Positions 11,201 through 23,903 of a stretch of DNA of 64,000 bases are shown piece by piece. Source of the DNA: Trichodelitschia bisporula (taxonomy: Eukaryota); contig ML996690.1 in NCBI GenBank assembly GCA_010356995.1, positions 499,420-563,419 of the forward strand. Reading direction: 5' to 3'. The first letter of the stretch is position 1. The number at the start of each line of letters is the position of its first letter. Made by a program: the position numbers and the translations under genes. The notes under the pieces are model-generated. The model saw nothing but the letters and a program-made list of their open reading frames with translations, had not been told where the DNA came from and did no database searches.

Positions 11201-12459
11201 ACGCCGATGTCGTGCCTGGGTATCTTAAATCGCCCGGCGCGCACCTGGATACGGACACGGACCCCGACCGGCCGAATCATTTCTGGAACGTGGTTGTTGC
11301 GGACGGGGAATGGAGGATTATGGACTGCTCCCTCGCGAGCCCGACACATCCCGCCCGCGCGCAGTACTCGACGGCGGGCGCGCACGCGGCTGAGGGGTGG
11401 TGGTTCCTCGCGCGCCCGTCCCACGCATGCTACACGCACGTCCCCGCCTCCGACGCGCATCAGCACCTCGTCCCCGCCATGCCACGCAGCGTGCTCCTCG
11501 CGTTACCCTCCGCGTGCCCGCCGTTCTTCAAGCACAGGCTCGACATGGTGCACTTCGACACCTCGCTCCTGCACCTCGAGAACCTAGAGCTCGTGCACGT
11601 GCACTTCTTCGTGCCTGAGGACGTGGAGTGCGTCGCCGAGGTAGTAGTCCGGGCCTTCGCGCGCGATGCCGACGGGGACGTGTTCGAGAGCGGCGACGTG
11701 CTCCGTAGGCCGGCGCTTGCACAGGCGCAGTGGATTGGCGGGCGGAAACGGGTTACCGTCAAAGCGCTGCTGCCGGGCGATGAGGGGACGGGGGTGTTGA
11801 AGATATATGCGGGGATGAAGGGGCTTATGGTATTTCCCCCGTACAACTACTCCCGTAACGCAAGCACTAACCATTCACAGCATTCCATCAAATCCAATCC
11901 TCACGCTCTAGCCCTGGCCCTCCCGCTCACCCACACGGGCACCAACCCGCCCTACACCTTCTTCACCCGCCACCCGACCCCGCACGCCATGCGCCACGAT
12001 CTCTACGTCGTGCAACCGCAGTGCGCGCGCCTGGCGCTGAATAACACTTTCGTCTTCACGGTGCGCCAGCACCCGTCCTCGTCCAGCACGACGCCAGATC
12101 CAAACACCGGGTCCTTCACCGGGCGCGCCTCACCCTTGCCCGCCCGCCCTACCTCCGCGCTGAGCATGGCGAGCGTCTCAGCCTCGGGCTCAGCCTACAG
12201 CGGCAGCCAGGCGAGCAGCACGACTTCCGGCGGACAGCGCAAGCCGGCGAAACTAGCGGTGCAGGCGCCGGGCGGGAAGATCATCCGCCTCGTGCGCAAG
12301 GCGGAGCACAGTCTCAGCGGCGGCGGGGAGGAGGGGCGGCTGGATGGGAGTGAGTGGGAGACGGTGATTAAGGTCGGGGAGCGGGGGACGTGGCGTGGGC
12401 TTGTGCTTGCGGATCGGACGGCGCGGTGGTGTGTTTTTGCGGAGTGGGAGTGTGTTTGA
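8250..12459 (+). CDS. CYK3: Cytokinesis protein Cyk3 (SH3 plus transglutaminase-like domain); introns 8316-8367, 11830-11880
   Basis: N-terminal SH3 (VKAIYSWGGE|TKRDLGFLEGDLIE...WWMG...GLFPSNFV), Pro-rich linker, TGase-like region (LRAIFTWV...HFWN...WRIMD), C-terminus WCVFAEWECV. Confidence 0.9.
9035..9450 (+). repeat. Coding tandem repeat in CYK3, about 11-12 units of 33-36 nt ([HN]Y-(A)-R-A-[HA]-S-P-A-P-P)
   Basis: Visible in the DNA (cactaccgcgctcactcccc...) and in the translation. Confidence 0.9.
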
Positions 12460-12754
12460 GTTGAGGTGTCTATCTACCGGCTTATGTTTTACGGGGAGGG
12501 GAGGATGGGGGGAGTAGGCATTTTTACGGCGTGGGGGATGGGTGTTCCGGTGTGGAGGCGTGGAGGCGTTGGGGATGTTTCGTGTCGTTTCTTCGTTTTC
12601 TTTGCGTTGTTTGGGTTCGCAACGGCATGATACAGGCGGAGATGGGAGGCATATTTCTTTGCGGTAATGCAATTTTCAACAACATTCTTCATCACCCTCA
12701 CCATATCAAGATGCAAGAAACAAAAAAACTGCATACTTTTAAAACCTCAGAGCT

Positions 12755-15345
12755 CTACGCCTTCCCCTGCCCCTTAACCCACTCATCATGCGCCTTCTTC
12801 TGCCTCTCCCACTCCTTAACCAACTTCTTCCTCCGACTCTTATTTACCTCCTCGCCCTTCGCATCCTTCGTAGGCACCCCCTCCCCATCCCAAGCACTCC
12901 ACTCCGCCGTCCGAAACATCTCCCTCGGATCCACCTTAGCAGCCTCCTCCTTCAACCGCTTCTTCTCCGCCTCCTCCCGCTCTCTCTTCTCCCTCGCCTC
13001 CGCCTTCGCCCTAGCAGCCTCCTCCTTCTGCGCCCTCGCCGCCTTGAGCCCCGCATCCACCGGCCTCACCATAGCGCCTAGAGGCGGCTCGCGGTCCTCG
13101 AGGTACACATCCAGGTTCCACAGATGCGTATCGCGGAGCCGGTCGCACAGCGCGAGTAGATCCTTAGCCGGTGCCTCCGCGGCCGCTAGCTTCTCAACCT
13201 CGTCCGCGAACTGGCTCGCCGCCTCGGCGTACGGCAGCGCATCCACGGGCTGCGTCTTGCCGGGGCGGGTCTGTTCAGCCAACTTGGCGAGTTCGGCATG
13301 CTTGATCTCGCCACCGCGGGCCTGGGCGCGAACGGCATCGCGGAGCTCGGAGAGGGGATACACGATGTTCTGGGCTTGGGGCGGGATTTCGACGCCGGCC
13401 CAGCCGATGCGATTCGCGTCTGCAAGCGAGGCGTTCCCGTCGAGTCCCAGAATAGTGACGATGTGGGTGATCCAGCGCGCGGTAGTGAGGACAGATTCCG
13501 GGGTCAGGGATTGCGGGGGCAGGGAATTGAAGTCCGTAACCAGGTCGGAGAGGATGCGCATTGCTGTAGGGGTGTTGAAAGAGTCGCAGAGGGCTCCGTC
13601 GAGAGCTGTTTGCTTGGCGGAGAGAGAGGAGAGCAGCGAGTTGTCGTTTGTGGTGGAGGAGGGGTCTGTGTGGGACGGATTGCGTTCCACGTCTTTTGCT
13701 TTGAGGAAGAAGTTCGTGATTTTGTCTTCCCAGGCGGCGCCGGCGCGCACGAGCTCATCGGTGATTTCAACGCCTTCTTTCCACCCGCCGAGGAGGAAGA
13801 CGATGCGCAGGGCGCGGGGTGTCCAGTCGCCGCGGGCGAGGGCTTCGCGGATGGTGGTGAAGTTCTTGAGCGATTTGGACATCTTGGAGCCTGCGATGGA
13901 GAGATGGCCCATGTGCAGGAAGTACTTGACCCACTCGTGGTCGTGCTGGCAGCCTGTCTCGCCCAGCCAGTACGCCTCGCTCTGAGCCAGCTCGTTGTCA
14001 TGACTAAGGGGAGGTCAGCAAGTGTACCATGTTATTCAAGCTTTTCGACTCACTGAGGAAATGCCAGGTCGATGCCGCCAGAGTGAATATCCATAACCTT
14101 GCCCAACGTCTCTGAAGCCATGACAGAGCACTCGATGTGCCATCCAGGCCGTCCGGGACCCCATGGACTAGGCCAGGCGGGTTCACCCGGCTTCGATGCC
14201 TTCCACAGCGCAAAGTCGGCGTCGGACCGTTTCTCAGTCGTCTTCTTGGCCAGTGCGCCCTCGCCATCGGCCAACAGGCTCTGGTCATTGCGATTCCAAG
14301 GTTCAAGGCGGGCGTACGAGTTACCGTTCTTTTCGAAAGCGTTGATGTCAAAGTACACCGAGCCATCTGTGGTCGCGTAGCCGAACCCATTCTTAACGAT
14401 GATTTCCACGAATTTGACAATTTCTGGTCCGAATTCCGTAACGCGGGTCAAGACGTCCGGGTCCAGCACATTCAATGCACGCATGTCATCGAAGAATCTG
14501 TTCTCAAACTTTTTCGTAAGTTTGGTAAAGATACTGTGGTCCGATGCGTCTATCGAAGTGCCACCGCTCAGGTCAACCCACGGTAGGAGTATATCCTCCG
14601 TCTTTGAATAGAAGGTATCCACATCGATCGCCGGTGGGCCGTGGCTGACCAGCTGCAGCGCCTCAGCTGCGGATGCGGCAGTCCTCATGTGCATTTTGAT
14701 CTTGGCCTCCTTGTCGCCTGGTGGTGATCCGTCTCCAGCCAGAGACTTGCCATCCAGCACTGCTTGGTATGCCTTGTCCGACTCAGTTTTGTACGTTTCG
14801 GCCGTGGTGCCCTTGGGAACTAGGGGGAGGTTCTTCCTGAGATAAGATGCGAATGCCGACTCTGTCTCGTCGATCAGGAGCCGGTCCAGTTGCGGGAACT
14901 TTTCCTTGAATCGCTCCAGGAGATGTTGTTGACGGCCTCGCAGGATGATCTTGTCATCGACATCGGTGATGTTCATGACAAACTTCAGGTCAAACCCAAA
15001 GTAGTCCTTCATGATCCGGCGTATGATATCGGTGCTGACATAGTTGCGCGCATGGCCCAGATGTGCGTCGTCGTAGACGGTCGGGCCGCAGGCATACCAC
15101 GTCACCTTCTTGCCCTGCGGGTCCAGCGGGACAAAATCGTTCTTCATGCGTGTGAGTGAATTGAAGATCTTCAGTTGCGGCAGTTGCACGCCCTCCACCG
15201 GCGGTGGTGGAGGGTGCCATAGAGGTTGCTGGCGGCCGGTTGCCGCCATTCTTCGTGATGCGGGGTAGCGGAGAAGCGAGCTACGCGATTGTGCTACGAG
15301 CGTTTGGGAGAAGCAGAGGCGGAATGCACCAACGTGAAGGCGCAT
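12755..15345 (-). CDS. CRS1: Cysteinyl-tRNA synthetase; intron 14004-14053; second in-frame ATG at 15249
   Basis: CGPTVYDDAHLGHAR (HIGH), PGRPGWHIECS, DIHSGGIDLAFPH|HDNE and KMSKS motifs. Confidence 0.95.
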
Positions 15346-15615
15346 GCGTAGAAGTTATTTGTAGACAAGCAATCACAGAGAGGATGCAGGATGAGTCGGC
15401 CTGATAATGCACGACACAAGTAGTCGAGGGTTGAGTCACGTTGTCTGCATTCTTTCATTACCCCGGTTCTTTTTTTGACTCCGACGTTGCGGCTCAACGG
15501 CTGCTCCCGTCGCTAAACCCAAAAGAGCCTAACCCCTCCATCACCGAAATTCTCACCAAGTACGCGTCTCTCCAGCACCACGACACCGCTATCCCCCAGG
15601 CCGACTCATATCATC

Positions 15616-17008
15616 ATGTCGTCCCGAAAACCCTCCCCCTTCTTCACCCCGGGGCCCACCACCTACCCGGGCAGCCTCGCCATGCTCTCCCTAAAGCGGG
15701 ACCTCCAAATGCCTGTCGTCCTCCAGACGCCCAACCCCACCGACCCAACCGCCTCCGTAATCCACACCCGTTTCGGCTCCTTCCCGCACACTACCCTGCT
15801 CAATATCCCCTGGGGCTCGCAAGTCATCGCCTCGCAGCAAAGCAAGCGCGACGCTGCGCGGGGCAAGAAGCGCAAGCGCGGAACCGCGGACGCGGCCCCG
15901 GACGACGCCGACGATAATGACAGCCCTGTTTTCGAGACTGCGTCTAGTGGCTTTGTCCACGTTCTGCCGCCGACGCCGGAGCTTTGGACTGCCGGGCTGC
16001 AGCACCGCACGCAGGTCGTGTACACGCCGGACTATAGCTTCGTGCTGCAGCGCCTGCGCGTGCGGCCTGGCGACGTGGTCATCGAGGCGGGGGCCGGGAG
16101 CGGGTCCTTCACGCATGCGGCTGCGCGGGCGGTGTTCAGCGGATACCCGGGCGAGGGTGCGGAGAAGCGGCGCCTAGGCCAGGTGTTCAGTTTCGAGTAC
16201 CACGAGCCGCGGTGCGAGAGCGTGCGGGCTGAGATCGCGGAGCATGGGCTGGAGGGCGTGGTGGAGGTGAATTACCGCGATGTGTATGAGGAGGGGTTTA
16301 CGCTGGGGCCGGAGGCGCCGCGCGCGGATGCTGTATTTCTGGACTTGCCGGCGCCGTGGTAGGTGGTCTTGTTTTACCGGTCGAGTGTGCGTGCTGATGG
16401 CTAGGCTTGCGCTCCGGCACCTCTCGCGGACGGAACCTTCGCCGCTTAATCCTGCTACTACTACCCGCATTTGCACGTTTAGTCCGTGCATCGAGCAGGT
16501 TCAGCGCACGGTGACGACGCTGCGCGAGTTGGGGTGGACATCGATCGTCATGTACGAGCTACAACACCGGAGACTGGATGTGCGGCGTGAGCTTGTTTCG
16601 GTGGCATATGACGGACTACGAGGCGTGAATTCGAATGCGGCGAGCGTGGACGAGGCGCTTACGCGGTTGAGGCACTTGGAAGAAAAGACTATGGAGTTTC
16701 ATGGAAAGGGGAAGGATACTGATACGCCGGCCAAGAAGGAGAAGAAAGGGAAGGATGCTGTAGGCCGGGATAAGCAGGAGGCGATTCGCAGACGTGAACG
16801 CGAGCTGCAGGTGTGGAAGGAGGGAAGACTCGTGCATCGCACGGAGCAGGATATCAAGACTCACACGAGCTACTTGACGTTTGCGGTTTTACCGAGGGCG
16901 TGGAGCAAGGAGGATGAGGAGAGGTGTCGGAAGAAGTGGGCGGTTAAGACCGATACAGAGGACTCGAACGGCGATGTGACAATGAAAGACGACGATGCGG
17001 AGGTTTAG
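15616..17008 (+). CDS. TRM61: tRNA (adenine-58-N1)-methyltransferase catalytic subunit; intron 16359-16404
   Basis: PTPELWT..L.HRTQVVYTPD, EAGAGSGSFTH, AVFLDLPAPW, FSPCIEQV and HTSYLTFA (GCD14/Trm61 motifs). Confidence 0.93.
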
Positions 17009-17382
17009 AGGTGAACTTCGATAGCAGGCAGGCTGAATTGTGGGGCTTCCGGCCGAATAAAGGCCAACTGAGGCTGAGCAATGGAGGTTAGTTGATGATG
17101 GAAAATTACAGCCTCTGGGAGCTGCAAGCCTGTCTGATCAGTCGACAGTTTAACTGAACTATCATGAACTCGCATACATGCTAAACTATGCCTACTTCTC
17201 TGCGCCCAAATTGGGAATTCACGGGCGACTAGCACGTATTTGTCGAGACACAAGACATTTTCACAACTTCTGGTGATGAGTTCAAGCACACCAAGTCTAA
17301 ATTATTTATACAGCGATCGTCTATCGTATTACAATTACAATAGCCCTCCGCCCCTATAACACCCAAAGCCCACGAACACATT

Positions 17383-18647
17383 TTACCACCCAACAATCGA
17401 CGAGATCCACTTGGAGACAACGGCGGCGATCTCCATGTTGTTCTTCTCCAAGAACATGAAGTGAGCATTGCCCTTGATGCCAACATCACCCAGCTTGATC
17501 CAGGTGGTGCTCACACCCGCCTGGTTCAAGTAGTTAACCATGCAGTGGTCGTACGTGATATGTGGCGACGCAGAACCCGTAAGCAGCACGTACGGCACCT
17601 TCGCAACGTTCGGCAGCGTGTGGATCGGCGAAGCCTGCATGATGCACGACCGCAGCGCAGCAGTGTCATTACCAACAGTAACGGTGTTAATTTCCGAAGG
17701 AGTGGTGACGGTGGGCGAGTAGCCAATGGGGGTATTGGTCAGACCCCAGGGCCGGCTGGTGGTGCGGCCGACAGCCGGGACGGTGCTGTTGCCGACGTAC
17801 GACTGGAAGGGGATGTTGCCGGGCTCGAGGTTGATGTTGCCCTTGAGGAGCGTGGGGCACTCGTCCGACATGAGCAGCGGGTAGGTCGAGCCGATGCTGT
17901 GGGAGATGGTGAAGGCGGGGCCGATGAGGTTGAGCAGCGCGCAGCCGGCGGCCCGCATGGTCGTCTCCTGCAGGACGACGTTGGTGGTGATGGGGATCAT
18001 GCTCTTGACCAGGGCGTCGAAGGCGGGGTCGCCTTGCGTGCCGTTCTAACCGAGTTAGTGGAGCTCTGGTAGGGAAATGGGGGCACGTACGCCCGGCCAC
18101 TGGGTGTGGTTCTGCGACTGCGGGTACGGGTTGATCAGCTCGGGCGCCGTGTAGGCGTTCTCTGTGATTTTGACCGTGGTGGCCAGCTTCAGCGGCCACG
18201 AAGCGATGTCGTTCTGGCCGCCGCGGCCCATGCCCGTCTGGTCGACGATGTAAACCTGGTAGCCATTGTCGAGGAAGTACGACGCCCAGCCCTTGCGGCC
18301 GTCGGGTGTGTTCAACCAGCCCTAAAGCACTTAGCGCTATGCCCGCAAAAGAAATATCTCGGCATTCATACCGCGCCGGAAGGAACGCCGGCAGTGAACA
18401 GGACGATCGGGTATGGGCGCCACACGCCGCCGAGGCCTGTCAGCTTCTCGACGTACATGGCGTTCACCCAGATGTCGCTGCTCAGGGCGGTGTTGTACTG
18501 GTAGTTACCGCCAACGTAGAAGTAATCACGCTTGTAGAACGACTCCTGGCTGGAGCACTCTTTCTTGATCTGATTAAGGCCATCGCAGTTGGTGGCGGCG
18601 GCGGCCGACCCGACCAAGGCGGCCACAAGGCTGAGGGAGAAACGCAT
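17383..18647 (-). CDS. Secreted alpha/beta-hydrolase (lipase/esterase-like); introns 18322-18371, 18046-18090
   Basis: Signal peptide MRFSLSLVAALVGSAAAA; WLNTPDGRKGWASYF..GYQVYIVDQ.G.GR; nucleophile motif HSIG; GIKGNAHFMFLEKN. Confidence 0.85.
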
Positions 18648-21600
18648 GGTGAAAATATTAAAGGACTTAGTAAAAGAGTGACTACGGTCCGAGATGATGG
18701 CCTTGAAGTGCAGAGAGAAGTGGCCGATGGCTTGATGAAGACCCAGAGAAGTGGGGAGAATGGCAGTCTATAAAAGGCATTCCGGTCTGACGGGCCCACG
18801 TGTGTCTTTCGCCTCGCTAGCTAACGCTTAGTGTCATCAGGCCATGCGGCAGGCCGTTCGATAGACTATGGGGAATGCCATGCGCGGGTTAGCTCCACGA
18901 GCTTTATGCATGGGAGGACGAATGGCGAATGGCTGATGGTTGGTGATGATGGGCGGGGGATGCCTATGATTGGACGGTCTTCGCATTTAAGCCGGAAGAA
19001 AGAGGGGTCCTTCGCGCAAGTCTTCAAGCGCCAACAGACGCGAACACAGAAAGAGTGGACAGGCGGCAGACTGGCGGAGTTGGTGGTTAAGAGTTGCTAA
19101 GATAGGTCTAGGGTAGTGGGGTTAACGAACGCCCGAGCAGAGCCGGATGCAAGGTTTAGAAGGCTTTGCATCGACGTAATCTGCACAATGCAGAGGGGAT
19201 GGGAATGTGCGAAAGCCAACCGTGGAGGATGCGCGTAGCTCGGTACGTAATGTCAAGATAATGGAGGGTTTGAAGGATGCAACGTCTCCGACTTCACAAC
19301 TGACGTTCGGATCGCCGACCAGACTGGCGGGCTCATACCTCCGTACACGTTGTGTTCCCTTCCTTACGGTAGCTTCACAAAAAGCTCGGCAAATTCGCCA
19401 TGCCATTGGAGCGTGTGACTCGGAAGAAGTTCTACCGTAGGGAACGCTCGGCATACCGTACGGTAAGTACATCTGTCGTGTGGGAGATTCCCATCCCGTA
19501 TCAAAGCATATCGGGGCTGTTGAGGCGATGGTCGGATGACGCGGCGCAAAAGTGGCTGGTATGGCGTTCTCACGGTGGCATTAAGCCACTTCTGGCTGAA
19601 GCGACGCCAAAATTTCTTTTGCGGTCGGGAACTTTGCCGTTGGACTTCGGCTCCATTTTCCCATACTCAGACCGAATGGTGCCGGAGTACGGCACCGCAC
19701 AAAAGACCGCGCTCTATCAGGCCATTGCCCCACAGGTTAGAGGGAAGTTCCAGCGCAATCAGTAGCTCGCCCCTCTCGTCCACGTTAGCATTAAATACGT
19801 AGTATGCATGCTGTTGTGAGATGGGGGTAAGGACGAAAAGGGGTATCCTGGGCCTCAGACAAGGGAGTGGAAATGGGGGCTGGCGCACCTCTCCTCCTGC
19901 CCAGCATCACTCAAGAATCGTCAGCTACTTGAACCTGCAGCTGCAAGGAACGCCTCCGACAAACTTGCTGCCAAAGCATTGCTGGAGACACTGTGACAGG
20001 CAAGTCCGAGGGTCCCGAGAAGCTCGTCGCGGCCGAAACAAGTGACTAACGACAGAGGCTGTCAAGTGTGCTTGTCGCGAGAGGCCCGGTAGCAAAGCCA
20101 TACCGCTCGCTCGGTTTCCTTCAGCCGAGACGGCGTGTGAGATATTCTTAAGTTCCCGCGCTCGTCTCGTACCGGTGTTCCTCTTCAATCGGCCTTCAAA
20201 TGATCCAAAATTGGTGTTCTCCTGCGTCTAGGCGGAATGGAACTGAGCAAGCGGTACGACTTCTGTGCCGTGCTTCCCTTGAGCACTAGGCTTGGTAGCG
20301 TCCACTTACCCGTACTTAGCTCAGCGCAGCCGAGCTTTTCGAGACCCTGGGGGTATTAGCCCGTTACAAAGGCTCTCCAACTGAGAATTTGCACCATATG
20401 ATAGCTACGGCAGCTGGTCGATGGGGCGTCTGATGGTGTTTTTGTTGCTCGATGATTTCGTCTCAGGCCTTGAGGCGTGATCGTGTGCTGAAGCATGGTG
20501 ATGGATTGATGGGGAAGTGATGTTGTTGTTCCGGTATGGTGCCATGCCAAGGCTAATGTGGACCACTTTCCTTTTTCCCATATGCACAGAACCTGGCTGC
20601 CCGACTTCGGCCACTCTCGTCCATCTGCAGCAAATGTGCGAGCTCTGCGCGGCATCTCTCGATCTTCTAGTCCCCGAGTTTCGGTTTCTTTTAACAGCGC
20701 TAATGCTAACGTCTAGTTCGTCGTACGTTATATCCTGCAGACCTCCGTCGTCCTAGTCAACCGGAAGATTACTACGTAGTACCGATAGGCATGCCGACGC
20801 CCCTCACTCCAGCCTCATGCAGGCATTGGTGCTCGTCCTGTACTCCGCACTCGGTATCAGCCACGAAAACCGTTGTTGTGGTCCGTGGTTCCCGGCCGTA
20901 CCCCTGAACAACATCAGCCTTGAAACTCCTCGTCGTCATTTGGCCATCTTCTCATTCCTTTTGGATACTGCAATCCTAAGAAGCCATCCTGACTGGAAAG
21001 GCGAATTCTCTGTTGCAAAATACTCAGCTAGCTCTCTATCATCAGCATCGGGCTGCAACGGTCTCAATTCCCAATGCCCTTCGCGCAGTTGAGCCCTTTG
21101 ACCCCTTTCCGCGGCTCCGGGTAACCATGGGAGTAACGTTAGCCCCGCCTTCGTACCCGTTTTCTAGCTGCATAAGAGTTTGCTAGGTTCACGCGAACAC
21201 AATGGCGTCTTAGCCAGCAGGCTTTGCTTTCACTTAGCGCCCCACGCCAAATGTTGGTTCGTTGGGCTAGTTGTCTTTGATACCCCCCTTGTCACTTTTC
21301 CATGGGCTAACAGGCGGATAGCATGAACGCCCAGCCGAAGTGCCAAATTTGGGCCCATCAGAGTTCCCTAGGAAGCACTCCCGAATCCGCCGGCTTGGGA
21401 GTAGGGATCCCGCCCGACGGACTTTGGGTCCAAGGGCCAGAGGAAAAATCATGGCCACTAGGAATGGGTCTCTTCACTGATAGGCGGCCAGAACCTTTTC
21501 AGATGGTCCTTGGCTTTTCCGAGAAGCTAACCGACCACATCGGCCGTTCAACTGAGCCGGGAAACGAACAGCCTTTCCTCTTCGGCTCATCCCGCACCAT

Positions 21601-21928
21601 TTTTATGTGGCTAGACCGTAGGCCAGCCACGTAGTCACTCGCTTCATATCACGTTGAGCTTGGCTGGGCTGTTCGGCCATTTAGCAAGTGCTTCGTCATT
21701 TTAGGAGTTGCGTCCGCGGTTTTACTCTTGCCCCTCCTATGTCAAATCTCCCCGCTTCCTGTCTGTCATATCTACCCCAACTAATCCCCGTAAAGCTGGG
21801 GCTGATGATGATCTCTTCAGTCCGGCTCCAACCGTCAAGTGTCCCTCATTTCCCCCACTTGCAGTCCTGCGCGACGATCTTCCGTACCAACTACACACAA
21901 GACCCTACCTGAGGGATTATCAGAAACC

Positions 21929-23291
21929 ATGGTCGGCTCCGCTTACATCGGCACTCCGCCGGCCACGAACGAGGACTACTGGATCGCAAAGTACATGTTG
22001 ATGAGTGCCGGCCTTTACAAAGCCGATCCCGCCAAAGGCACGAAAGCAAACCCTCCTCGTCCAGCTGCCGACCAATATGTGTCCGAGACCAAAGGTCCCG
22101 GCATCATCGTGGGCCTGGTCATATGCCTCCTCGTGATGGTTGGCATCACTGGCACCCGGCTTTACCTTCGTATCTTCAATAAGCGGTTAAAATTTGGTCT
22201 TGATGATGTTCTCATCATTCCCGGCGTGGTATGAGTACATGGGAACTTGATTCCAAGCGTAGCTGACGCATACAGCTTCTGGCAACTGTTTACCCTGCCA
22301 TCCAAATTGCCATGGTCCAATATGGCGGCGGTGGGAGGCACGTCTATGATGTGACGTAAGAACTTTTGGCTATTCTCCACATTCCACCATCTGACTGTTC
22401 AAGGTATCAGGAATATCACATCTTCCACTGGCTTTCGGCTGTCGCCCAAATCGTTTTCTTCATCGCCGTCGGCATTATCAAGATGTCTATTACGGCGTTC
22501 AACATGCGCCTCACCAGCCGCTGGCCGAACAACTGGAACTACGCGCATTGGACTTTCTTTGCTCTCCTCATCGCCTATACCCTTATCGCCTTCTTCCTGA
22601 ACGTCTTCACCTGCGTTCCTGCCATGGCCGGCTATGACGCCATCGGCTCCGGTAAGCTTGACAGCTTCAAGTGCATGTCCATCGCACACATGGGCCTCAT
22701 TCTTCGCTGTATCAACATCACTATGGACTTCATGTTGCTCGCTGTCCCGATCATCGTCCTCTGGAGTATTCAGATGAGCTGGATCCGGAAAGCTCGCATC
22801 ATCTTTGCCTTCGCCATCGGCGCGCTCGCATGTATCGGGTCCGTCATGACCGTCATCGCGAAGCTGCGCCTCAAGAAGGACTCCTTCTGTATGTCTACCT
22901 GCTCGCATAAAATGCCCCTACTGACCCTCCAGGGAACTACACCGACCTGCTCGCCTGGACCCTGGTCGAAATTACCTTCGGCGTAATCGCCGCCTCGCTC
23001 CCCGTCCTCGGCACCATCATGCGCTTCGGCGGCAAGAAACATAGTACGAATCAATCTGCGCCCTACTCCGGCAACACGGGCAACAACAGCCGGCTGGCGC
23101 GCAAGCCGAATAAGGGTGCGTGGCGCGATCTCGAGTCCAAGAGTGACAACGACGATACCGTCGCGATCACGGATGAGGTCATTATTTCGCACGGGGATAG
23201 GGATGATACCGATAGCTATGGTAGCCATTCCGCGCATGTGATGCATCCGATGACTCCGGTGGGCGGCCGGGGAGATATGAATCGATACTAG
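21929..23291 (+). CDS. PTH11-like (fungal rhodopsin-domain) integral membrane protein without CFEM; introns 22229-22275, 22356-22403, 22889-22932
   Basis: RLYLR...FGLDD, GGGRHVYDV, IIKMSI, DFMLLAVPIIVLWSIQM, W..VEITFGVIAASLPVL; about 7 hydrophobic segments. Confidence 0.85.
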
Positions 23292-23903
23292 ATATTTACT
23301 GTAGGGTGTGGCAAGTGCCCTGAGCTGGGCAGCTTCCGGTACTTAATGTGGCAGCGGACGAGGAGGGATGATATCCATGGACTTGGGCGGTTTGAAATTG
23401 TGAGGCCCTTTGCTGGCACCAGCTTCCATTGCTGATTGAATGAGATGCATCTTTGATTGTATGCATACGGGGTGGTTGACTTGTACAAAAGAATCTGTAT
23501 ATAAACAATAATGCGTCATGGTGATCAGGCCCGCAAGTAATAGGCATACTCCTCTCTTGATAAAGGAGATTGGAAGAGAGCGCTGTACCTCGCTGTTCAA
23601 CCCTCTCTCTATAGCTGCTGGAATGGTCGCACCCGTATCTTGTGGTCCTGAGCTGATATCGACGTCGGGAGCGTCTCAATGTTGCTTCAGCGTAGTCTCT
23701 AGCAGTTTTAAGCAGGTCATGTCAAATGAAAATGAGTTGCCATCATTTTGTCTCAGAGTCCGCATCCAAGCCCGCTGCTGCCTATCCTAGTGACGGATAT
23801 CATCACGTGCTGGCGCGCTCTCTCGCGTCGCGCTCTTGACCTCGCCCCAACTCCTTCGGCGAGTTATGGAACCACCACATCGCGTTTCTCCTCAACATCA
23901 GCC

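Noticed and set aside
12531..13985. 484-aa + strand ORF
   Set aside because: Antisense shadow of the CysRS exon; no recognisable motifs; expected in GC-biased DNA.
17092..17140. TGATGA...CTGA as a possible C/D snoRNA
   Set aside because: Only about 45 nt between the boxes; no recognisable guide sequence.
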